This document shows, piece by piece, positions 38,701 to 50,700 of a stretch of DNA of 64,000 nt. The DNA comes from Guillardia theta CCMP2712. Lineage: Eukaryota; Protista; Cryptophyta. The stretch spans positions 57,109 to 121,108 of the forward strand of contig NW_005434586.1 in NCBI RefSeq assembly GCF_000315625.1, read 5' to 3'. The translations under genes were made by a program, and so were the position numbers. The first letter of the stretch is position 1. Every line of letters begins with the position of its first letter. The notes under the pieces are model-generated. The model saw only the letters and a list, made by a program, of their open reading frames with translations. It was not told where the DNA came from and did no database searches.

Positions 38701-41700
38701 ATGTGAATGAAGGAATAAGGAATCAGTTCAAGATTGTGATCCAGCCCTACCAGGTTCAAACTCAAGGAGTTCCCTTCAGCAACTGGAACACAGGGTGTCC
38801 TCCCAATGTCAACCCCCCGCAAGGAAGTGCCGGGTGTGGTCCCGTCCTGGTTTTGCGAGGAGACCTTGGAAATCTGATCAGCAGCGGTCAGTCTGTGTCT
38901 CTCGACCTCATCGCATGTCCAGTCGCTGCCACCAACTCCACGCCTTGTACTCCCCTTTCCTGCACGTGTGAGAACAGAAATGACCTTCTGTCCAACTCCA
39001 CAGTGTGTGAGGCCGTAAGCAGTGCCTCGCCAGGATATGTTTCCTTTCCAAACATCACTGTTCGAGTGACTCTCAATGTTTTGTTCTACTTGAAGCTTAC
39101 CCGATATACGGACTCAACCTGCTCCATCCCAACGTCTACGTATCTTTACAGTCGAGAATTCAAAGTGACCTCATCTGAGTACTCTTACATGAGCATCGAT
39201 ACAAGTTCCTGTCCCAAAGAAGGCTCGGTCTTCACGGCAGGGAGGCCAATCATCCCTCAGCCCAGGCTCATCGGAGTGTTTGATTCCAACAATGCGCCAT
39301 CGAACTCTTACACGAACTTAGCATATGCTATGGTATTCAAGAAGCCATACAGAGATTTCCAGTTGTCATGTTCCTTTTTTCCGGATTGTTTTGCAAGCGA
39401 CTCCTTTCTCGTGGTAAATAGGAATGCAACTTTCCAGCTGGATGGAACAGCTGCTTTCAAGAATTTGACAGTCATGGCCTCGACACGCAACAGCGCAGAG
39501 GTGTCTGGCGAGCTGAAGTTTTACCTCAGGATATACACCAAATCCTTTGCGTGCGTCGGTTTGACTTGCGGGTTCATCGGCAAGCTTGTTTACACTGATT
39601 GTCCCTACCCGTTCTCAGTGCTTCCAGGAAGCCAGTTGAGGTTCCAGGTGGCGACCAACCCAGTATTCGGGATAGCAGGGAGTCCGCTGGTGCCAACCCC
39701 TCTCATTCGTGTCGTCGATTCCTTTGGGAATCGCATCAACAAATCCATGCCGATTTTCATCTTGCTCTCTACCAATGGATCGCTCAATGAAACTTTTAAT
39801 TCTATATACTTTGGGGCTGGAAACAGCGTAAGTTACAATGGCACTTTCTCAAACGGATTGATTGTTCTCGCTAACAATCAAGCTTCACCAACAGCATTTC
39901 ATGCGAGGACGGGATACAGGCTTCAGATCTTTGGTATCACGACTGACATTGCGAGTGCCATCACCCCGCCATTCACTGTACTACCTTGCTCGGTGAACTC
40001 ACTCCAAGCTTATCCCAAGAACTTGACGGCAGTGGCTGGTAACGCCATCTGTGGCCCAGATGGATCTGCTTGGGAGGAAATAGATCAGTTCCAACCGAGT
40101 CCCGTGCAGCAGTTGATCGACTTCAACAAAACATTAAACTTCACCCTTGAGAGCTACTGCAAAAGCGTGTGCTCAGAACATTTCTCTGGTATCGACACAT
40201 GCCTTCAACTGTGCGTGAACATTAGCATAACCGAGAATCCTATATTGACAGTCGAAAACATATCCGGTAATCCAACGAGTGGAATGCGATCATGGGTGAA
40301 CAACTTCTATGCCGGATCAAACATTCATGTATACAAAGATCGGACGAGCATTCCTCCTTATGCAATCAATGAAATATGTAATGCGTTCCAGGGTTGCATA
40401 GCGAATGGGCTTATTCTCGCGTATGATTCGTCAAATGGGAAAGTATTTCTGTCCTTGAAACATTTTACAAACAATGGCACGATGCCCCCCGGCCTATGGT
40501 ATAAAATCTTTCTGAACCACAAGCAACTCAACGGAGCCATTGACAGTCAAGTAAACCGGTGTGTCATTGGCTTCTTTGATAAGTTTGGGAACCTCGTTGA
40601 GACCGAACTTTTCGCAGTTCGAGTTCATTTTTACGTGAGGGGGTCCGACCAGCAGTGTGCGAACGTGTCATCTGCGGATTACTTCAGCGTGGGGGGGCTC
40701 TTGACGCTCCCGAACCTCAGGATGTATCAAGCAGGCGACTACAGCCTTAGGCTCTCCTCAGAGAATGTATCGCTGAGCAGCCTCAACCATGAGACCCTGG
40801 CGATCGACCTGACGATTGTCAACGGTCCTCGAAAGTCCATCAAAATATTACAGCAGCCCTCCGTTGTCGTGATCAGTGGTTCACTGCTAGACAGGCAACC
40901 GGTCGTGTCGATTCAAGATGCTTACGGCAACAAGGTCTCCAGCACGTGTAATGCGGTGACCGCAACTCTGAGTCCATGTGAGAGTGACTGCTCCTTTGTC
41001 ACTTCTGACCAGAATGGAGTGGCAACCTTCCAAGACATCGTTGTGCAATCTTCGACTGCCACTTCCAAAGTGAGCAGAAGTTCAATTGTTTTCAGCTCTG
41101 GATGTTGTTCGATCGATTGCAATTGTTTTGATAACGCAAATCGCCATGCTAGTATGATACTCATAGAAACAGCGTCAGCTCCATGTATCAGCAATACTTC
41201 TGCGGGGATATACGTTGTCTCTGGAGATATCAATTTTAATTTAACGTCAAACTCAATTCAAACTCTGTCTCAAGGAATTCAAGCTGGAAAATTTTTTTCT
41301 GTGGCTTTTCACGCTGATGTCTCTGAATCTGACAGCAGTGTGCTGCAAGGAATATTTGTGCAGGTCAACAAGACCCGTCATGATAATGCTAATGTCACAT
41401 CAATTCTTTCCAAGACAAGCATAAATCAAGCTGGGGAAGCGTTGTTCACAGATTTGAACCTGACATCTGTGGGTGAAAGCTACCTATCCATCACCGTGGG
41501 TTCGCTCATTTTTACGTTCCCCGAATATTCTTTCAAAGTCATACCTGGAAAACCGGCACGCCTGAACATTACTTCACAGCCAAGTACTGCGTATGCTGGA
41601 GTGAACTTAGGAGATCAAGGGATTAGAGTGCAGTTGCTCGATTCTTTTGGTAATGCGATAGACTCCCCTGAAAGCGAAATCAAGCTCACTTTGCTAGAAG

Positions 41701-44700
41701 CGGCAAACAAGACCCTGAGCAACTATGTCTGTGGAGGTACGATTTGCCAGGACAATGGCTATGCTACTCCCTTCTGTTATAGCACGTATTCACAAACGGA
41801 ATGCATCACAAATTGTATGAACTCAGAGAGCTGCAGATCTGTCACTTATCTCCTGGACCGCACCTCCATGAACTGTTTGATATCCAATGCTCCTTGTTAT
41901 GCTCCACCAAAAACCTCTAGACCCACGGTTGTCTACTTGTTCGGAAAACTGCATGGTCAGACGCAGGTCAAAACCCAGCAGGGAGGAGCGTTCTTCAATG
42001 CCACGTACTTCACCATGGTGGGGAGGTACAATGTTTCCATCTGCACCTCACCAATCGCGAGCGTGTGCACTTCCCTTGTCATCACGGTCAGTCCGAACGA
42101 AGCTGAGGGGTATAGGTTGATTGTTAGTGATCCATATAGCGTGAGTCCCTTCGATGGGATACCATTCAAACCCAGGGATGTTCTTCAGGATGAATACTTC
42201 TCCATTGCCGTTCGGGTAACTGACGCATATGACAACACCATCACCTCGAATTTTACGGTCTTGGCGTACTCCAATGCTTCGGGTACCAAGAACTCTACCT
42301 TCAGACCTGTCAATGGAACCTACATGGTAGATACTTCGAACGGCATCGCCAATTTCTCTCAGATATTTTTCGATCTGGATACTGAAATGGTGGTTCAGTT
42401 GAAATTTGAGCTGTTAAACTTTTCAATTACAAATCTTTCGCAACCTTTCGTTGTGGGTCCACCAGTCAAATCAATTGCAGTTCTTAGCTACAATCCAATT
42501 TCAATCAACTTTCCCGGAAATGAGCCCTTACTCGTACAACCTTTGATTGGCTTTTATTTTGCCAACAAAAGCTTGGCAAAGATATCCAAGTCTAGTGTTG
42601 AAGCTTACTTGCCAAGCACTCTTTCTGTTCCCATCAAGCTCAACGGTACAACCAAGCTTGATTCGTCTGGCGGTTTTGCCCAATACACTGATTTGACCAT
42701 TCAATACATCAGCGGAGCATATTATCTCAATTTGTTTTTCAAACTTGTAAATGCTCGACAGACATCGATCATCACCAATCTGACGAACACGATGTATGTC
42801 GATTTTACAGCAAGACGTTTACACGCTTCTCTCATGTCTGCCAGCCGTGTGGTTGCTGGGCAACCATTCCGAGTGTCAGTATCACTGTCATCGAACGTGC
42901 AGACACTTTCATCTCTCTACACAACCCACCGTGTTGTCAAAGGTATTTTCACCAATGTGACGTCATGCCCACAGTTTGCAGCGCTGTGCATAATTAATTC
43001 GGGAGTGTTCCCGAGGAGCACTGGTGAGCAGCCCTTTGCCAGCTCTGTTGCTTATTTCGATTCGTTGACCTTATTGACAAGCGGGAACTTCTCGTTGACT
43101 TTCTGCTCCGGCGCTGGTTGCGGCATGTCAGTTTCAACTGATTTAAGCAGCAACCCCATACCCATCATTGTCGATGCCGGTCCTATGGTGTCTCTCAGAG
43201 TCTCCCAGGAAGTGTCTGTTGCGACGGCTGGAGTGCCTTTCACAAACATAATTGTAGCATACGACACCTACGGGAATGTCGTTCAGAACGCTTCATTCCT
43301 GGTACAAGTTTCAGTCAAAAGCAACGATTGTACATTGAATTCTGGTCTGTCAAACAACCCACTCTGTGGTAAGCTGTTGCGGCCAGACAAGAAAACGGAG
43401 ATATATGCATCAATTGTGGTGGAGATGCAGAAAGGCGTAGCATATTTCAGCTGCCTGGCGGTGGACAAAGCGTTCGACAATTACATTCTCACCTTCAAGC
43501 AAATGATCACACAGTCTTCCTACGGGCTGCAAGTGGATGGCCAGCCTTTCAATGTCTTGGCGGGTCCGCCAGCTGCGATCTCAATCTTTCAAACTCCCTC
43601 GCCCGACGGGAGGATCATAGCCGGTGCGGAGCTGAATGGACCCTCCACTCCCATCGTGTACCTCATCGACAACTTTGGAAACTTATACAAAAACACCACG
43701 GGGGTCACGGTCACCATGTCTGCTCAATCACCTCCTCCCAATTCAACGTCGATCAGTGTTGGGGGCGTGGTCATTGGCAAGGTCTCCAACGGCTATTTCG
43801 CGTTTGCCGGAGCCTATATTACAGCTTCTGGCCCGGCGATTCTCCTTTCATTCAGTGCTACAGTGCCCGGAGGGCTGAGTTTCACAGCGACCAGTGTGGT
43901 AGCGTTTCCGGTCTATGGCAAGCCAATCGTCAATGCGTTGCCAATCTTAGTGGCACCCACGACCATGTATCAAGGAGAGGTGATCAAGCCCTTCCCAGCA
44001 GTCCGTTTGATAGACATGTATGGGAACACAGCGGTCGGCAAGTGTTTTGCGGTGCAGATACTCCTCCATTGCTTGGACCCCGCTGCTTGTAACTGTTCGA
44101 GCATGTCTGGTCAGACCATATCCTCTACTTGCACTGGTATCGTTCAGTTTACTGATGTCTACACCTTCGCTGCCACTGGTCAGTACGTGCTTCAGTTCAA
44201 GCTCCTAAGCGCTCCAGGCTCGTTTGACGTCCCTGTTGAGAATGACTGCATGAATCAGTCCCAAACCCTGTCCAATCAGTCGAACATTACCCTGCAACCA
44301 ACTGCCACGAATTTCTATGTCAAGCCAGGACCGAATGAATCGTGCTATGGAATAACCAATGCGACTTTGTGCAACCAGAATTGTGTCTGGGTCGCTTCGC
44401 GATGCATGGGATTTCGAAGCGCAAATGCGGGTGAGTTCCTGCTGGACCAACCCTCAGTTGAGTTCCGCGACAGTCAGAACAACCTGGTCTCAGGGATCGA
44501 GGATTATGTCGTGCGAGTTTCAGTGACTCCAGGCGCGTTTGGTCTCACCGGCACAAGCTTGGAGTCAATCCTCACGGGAAATCTGAGTGTGAAGGTGGTC
44601 AACGGCACGGCTAACTTCACAGACCTTAAGATCCTTGTCCCTGTGCAAGGGATGAGATTGAAATTTACGGTCCTCTCTTGCTGCGGAAAAGTCACTCCAC

Positions 44701-47700
44701 TGACTGGACAGAGCGTGCTGTCTCCCTCGTTTCAAGTCTACGGTCCTATCACCTTCATCCGAACTCTCGTTCAACCCTCAGACTCATTCGCTGGTGTGAC
44801 CATGAACAGCAGCGTCGTGGCACAGCTCATCGACTCTGACCGAAACCCGGTGCATTTTACGGGAGTTGGGATGTCTTTCTTGTTGAGGGGGGGCATTGGA
44901 GCTCAATGTCCTTCAGATTCCAAGACCTTGTACATCCCAACCAACGACGTTGAACTCCTCTGGACACAATACTCTTCGCTGCAAATCACACAGAGTCTTC
45001 TTCCAGTCCTTGTCATGACAAGAGCATCTTTCATACAATTGCTGCAGGTGGTGTTACAGCTATTCGTGCAGAGCTCAGTGTACGATGCGCTCTTCAGTCA
45101 GTTTGATCTCAACGGAGATGGATACATGAACTACTATGAGTTCACGACAGCCTCGTACTACTGCGTTTGCAGGACAGGTTATGTTGGAGGACAGTTCGAG
45201 ATCATATCCAAGGGGAATCCATTCACACCGGGAGAAGTCAGCGTGACAAACATCTCTTACTGTAGGCCGCAACAATTCTGCACGAACCCATTCCAATACC
45301 TGTGTGACCAGGGTGCAGCAGCGACGCGCAGGTTTGTTGAAAGAGTTAATCGGTTCAATTTCTCGAGTGCCGATCGCGTCGGAACCACCAACGCTGTGAA
45401 GATCAATGATGGCATCGCTGTTTTCAATAAACTTACCGTGTTTGAAGCCGGGGTCGGCTTGTTCCTTCAATTCTCGTTTCGTCAGGTGGTTGGGAATTCA
45501 AATTTCTTCAACTCGTATCCGAGTCTTTCTTCTTCGAATTACAAGCTCTTTTTTACCACGATTGCTCCGAACGCCTTGAAAGCTGGAACCACGTTTGATG
45601 TGTCTGCGGTGATCATCGATGAGTTTCAGAACTTTGTGCCCACTGTCAATGCTCAAGCTGTGCTCCAACACAGCAACGTTTCACTCTTTTCCAATGATTG
45701 TAATTTATCCTCACAAATTCGTTCTTGCGACAGTTGTCCTGATACGATTCAAGATTATTGCCCTGGACCGCGTTGTCCATTCCGATGTGACTTCTCGAAC
45801 GTAAAGAGAATAAACTCAAGTCATGGCATATACAAAGAATCACTGCAGGCCTGTTCGTATTACTGTAAACAAGGCTGTACATTTATGTGTGGTAACATGC
45901 GTTCAAACCTTACTAGGGGAATAGTCACTTTTACAGACCTTCAAATCAAGAGGACGGGAATGCATGAATTTCTTGCAGTCTTGCAAAACAGTGTTCAACT
46001 TTCAATCAACAGGAGCTCTGAACAATTCGCGAATCAGTTGGCTTATGGTCAGAAGTTGGTGATGGCTCAGTTGATGATGTCGCAGAACCAATACTCTACG
46101 CTGGTTTTCCATGTGATCAACTCTGATCCCTTCTATGTAGTCAACGATTTTGGGCCGACGTTGGCATATCAGAGGTCGGGGACGGGAGCGGGCAAACCCT
46201 TCGACCCGCCTCCGAGGTGCCTGGTGACAGACTTTTACGGCAACGTGGCGAGCGACTCTAAGATGAGGATCGGGCTTCTGATCCGCGACGGCGATCGCGA
46301 TCAGTACGACGCCGCTCAAGCCACGCAAAAGTACTACACTGCCCCCCTCGAAAAGGTTCCCAACACCTCCCAGTACGTGGGGTGGCCTCCCAACACTCCA
46401 GGGGCGTATCCGATCGGTCTCTATGTGGACGAAGTCTTCTCGACCTCGCCGTTTGAAAATCTGAGCAGGACTGACGATGAGCTGGGTTGCCCTTCACAAG
46501 GTGGACCCCTGGTGGGTTGTCCTGGCACGTCGACCTCTCCTTACTCCATCGCCATGAGAGACACGGTGACCAACTACAAGTGGTGCCCGTCCTCGCAGGA
46601 GAAACGATACTGCAGGACCTGCTTGACTGCTCAGAGGTACTTCCAGTCCTACAACGCAACCCACTGGACGCAGCAGTACACCTATGTCAACCCGGTCTCA
46701 CAGCAAGTTGAACGAGGAGCCTTCGACTGCCCGGGCCGGGAGCATTGCTCCGGAGGCAGTTCGAACTGCTTGTGCCTTGTGCCCCTGCACGAAGCTACTG
46801 GGAATGTAAGCTTTGATGTCTGCTCAGCATGCCAGACAAGGGGTCTCCCAATGGGCCTTCCCGTGGCTTGGACCGAGAGCGGGGTAGCCACGTTTAACAA
46901 CCTGTTTTGCAGTGTACCCAAGAGGGGTTACAGGTTCCAGTGCATCATCCCACCGGGAGATCAGGGCAGCAACGTGATCCAGCCCCTGCTGTACAGCGTC
47001 TCCTGGGATTGGAAGGACGTGAGGACCCCAAGGATCAGCTTCATCAACGACGGCACCTGGTTGTACCTCGGCACTTTCACACCTCTGCTGTGGAAGGACC
47101 CGAGCGGCAACGAACATCCCGAAGCAGCTCTCTGCGAGAGTCTCTGCGTGAATCAGACGCTGGCTCCCGACGCTCCGAGCTATCCCACCACCAGGTGCCC
47201 GAGGTCATGCTACAAGTACGGGTACCCCTATGCCAGAAACCCAACCTTCGCGTACGCTCGGCCTGAGTCTCCAGGGCTAAGCGAAGTGTTTCCTGTGACT
47301 GCTGGAGACGTAGCGATGCTGCTGATTCTGAAGCCCTACGCGAACTCCGTTGCTGACCAGATCGACCGATCTCTGTCTTCTACCACCAGCTCCTTTGCTC
47401 CTGATTCTATCCCAGAGTTTCAGATGGCAGACAAGTTTGGCAATCCAAACAGGACGAGTCAAGGCCTCGCACAGATTTCGCTGAGGTCAAGTCCTAGCAA
47501 TGTGGGCGCGGAGTTGTCTGGAATTCCCAGCAGCAGTTTGTCGAATGGTGTGGCCAGGTTTCCGTTGATAAGCATCAATTGCCCTGGTAAAAACTTTCAA
47601 CTTGAAATGAGTTACTTCCCCAACAGCTCAACCGTGGGCAGCTCTGTCACAGGAGTATCCTCCTTGTTTGACGTCTTGCCTTCGCCGCCACGTCTGACTT

Positions 47701-50700
47701 CAGTGCGATTCACCGAGACGTGGGATGCTTTGTACATCGTCATCGATCGATACACCACTCAACCCCTCTTCTCCTCCATTGGCTCTTGTAATCAAATTCT
47801 GCAATCTGTCCTGTCGTTTAATGTTTCTACGAGGACGTATAAGAATAATTCGATCTGCTCAACGCAAACCAGTGCAACGGCGACGTGCAACAACTCAATG
47901 CTGGGAGAGGGCGGGTACGAGTACTGCGATTGGGTGGATAGCAGGACGATACAGGTACAGCTCGGGCGGAATGCAGAGCTGACGCTGAGCGATCTTGTGT
48001 TCGTGAAAGGACCATGGGGGGGGCTGGCGGTGGACAGCATGGTCAACTTGGGAGCATACACCTTGAACTCGCATAGCTGGTTTGTCAACGAAAGCGTTGG
48101 GTTCCTGCCTCTCCGAAGCGATCGCCTGAGCGCAGTGAAGTGGGCCTGCATCAAAGATGCTAAGACGGGGGCTTGTCCGCCGGCCTCGTTCGGTGAGCAC
48201 ATCAGCAAAATCAAGCTGTTCGAACAGAACGGACAGAAGTTCCTGGTGGTCTTGAGATACTGTACTGGTGCAGACATGTGCAAATCATATCAGTCATCCG
48301 ACTCGATGGTAATTTATGAGATGACTTCAGATGCTACCAACACGTATTCCTTCGTGTTGATCCAAAGACAAGTCTTCTCACTCTCTGGGCCTGTTGATGT
48401 CGAATGCTTCTCACTGCCCTACGACATAGCTGCTCCCAAACGATTCTGTGCAGTCGCGCAATACTATGACGGTTTGACATTCTCAAAGTCTGCACAGATT
48501 TTTAGCCAAAGTACAGGAAGCTTTGCCTCAAGCACCTTCAGCTCCTTTGCCACCATCCCCTGTTACAAAACGATTTCAGTGAAATTCGAAAATTATGCAC
48601 AAAGCTCATTTTTACTCGTAACTGGCGAACAAGAAAGTTATCTTACACAATGGATTCCGGGACAGTTTGTGATCGATCCCAAGAACCCCGGGTCTCAAGT
48701 CTGGCAGGATGGACTTTTTCAGCTTCAAGTCACGATACCTTCCACGTCAGCTAGTCAGGCTCGCTTTTTCTTTTCGGGGAACCAATTCTACATCGGAATA
48801 TCGAATAGTCATGGATCCAAAACCTGCTCAACGTTGGACTGTCCGTACCAGTACTCCAAGAGTGCATTCCTGGACATTTTCCTGGTTGGATACAAGGCGA
48901 AACTCATTTCCTTGGGTACACTTTTCCAGCCATGCAACACAGGCAATCCTAGCACTTACTCAACAATATCAATCGATGGCATTTTCGAAAACAGTTCGTA
49001 CGTACAGGATGGAAACGTCATTCAAATACAGGGTGAAATCATGGTCTTCTCAAGTCAAAAAGAAGGCCAATACTGTGATCCACAAGGCAATCCATACACT
49101 TTAAACAAACTGAACAATATCACCTTCATCGTGAAACGAGCTTCAAGTTCTCCGCCTGGTCATTCGCCGGATGACATCGTGTACTTTCTTCCTGGGGGTG
49201 TCTACACTTCCGTGGAGCCTCAGCCTTACCTGCGCTTGCCTGGGACTGGCATCAGGGACTTCGTTCACTTCAGCGACTCTGGGGTTGACTACATCATGTG
49301 CGCCAACTACTACAGCGGGTGCAACGTGACTGGGTACGACCAAGACTCGCTGATATTCTCAGTAGACTTTGAGGCGAGGAGGTATGAGATACACCAGAGG
49401 GTCGGGACCCAAGGAGGCCTTGAGCTTATGCTCTTCAATAGAACCTTGCTCGATCTGAACGGCAAGGCTACCACCAAGCTCTACATCACTGTCGCGAATC
49501 ATAAATCCAATAGCGGGAATTCAGTCCAATCAGAACTGTTCGAATGGACAAACGTCAGTGCTGAGGTGCAGCCGTCGTACAAACCGTTCGTGGGGCTTGC
49601 TGTGAAATCGTCATGGTACACGACCTTCGCGATGTCATGGCTCTTGATACCTATCAGCACGAGTGGAAATGATCGCTCTATTCTGTTGCAGGTACCTGCG
49701 CGTCTTTGACATCTCAATCTTGACACGTTATGTTTGTGGCAGATTTCGAATGCGACCCTCACTAGCAGCAATGCCTCCATCAACGCTTATCAGTTCGAGA
49801 ACTACAAGCCTATCCCGGTCCCGCTCATATCCGGCCCGAAGGTAAGATGGGGGAGCCAACAAGATCGATTTAACACGTCGGCAGGTGATCGGGATCTGCG
49901 ACTCTCTTTACCTCGATGGGACCATGTCGACTGGAAGTGCCGGACGGGGCTGGAAGGACATTCTATGGAATGTGTCGTACCTGAACGCGTCCGTGAACGA
50001 CACACTGTGGAACAACTTGTCGTTTGCCGAGTATGCCAACTCATACAGCGGTGGGATGATACTCAACGTCACGCCAGCTCTAGATATGTCCTCGTCTTTC
50101 TGGGAGACTTTCTTCCCGCCTGGGGTTTACCAAGTCAACCTGTCACTGACAAACTGGGTTGGGCAGCAGAGCATTTCAACATTTGAGTTTGAAAAGACCA
50201 ACATCTCCACCCCTACTCTCTCCTTGCAAACATCCGCTAAAACCTTCGATATCTGGGAGTATTTTTCAGCCAGTGTGACATACTCGTTCAAATTCTGCGA
50301 GAATTCCAGTCTGGTTTACAGCAATTACAACTTTAGCTGGAGCTTGTACGATGAATCTAGCAAGCTTGAAGTGCAGTTACCATCGGAGTACATAGCTGGC
50401 TCGCAGGTGATGGTAGGGAAATACTTCTTCCTGCCAAACACTCAGTACAAGTTGGAAGCTGCTGTTGAGATTGAAGGGTTTCATGCCAGCACCTTCGTTA
50501 CCTTGCAGACTGGTGTGGATCGAGCTAACGCAGTGCTGGTGGGAGGGGACAAGACGGTGCCGCTCCAGGCGAATGCCTCTTGTGCTTCCAGCACGCCCAT
50601 CTTGCTGGATGCTTCCAAGTCTACAAACTTGGCTTTCCAACCTTTGAGCGCATACGCAAAGTCGGGCCTAAAATTCACGTGGGAGTGTAGATACCATCCT

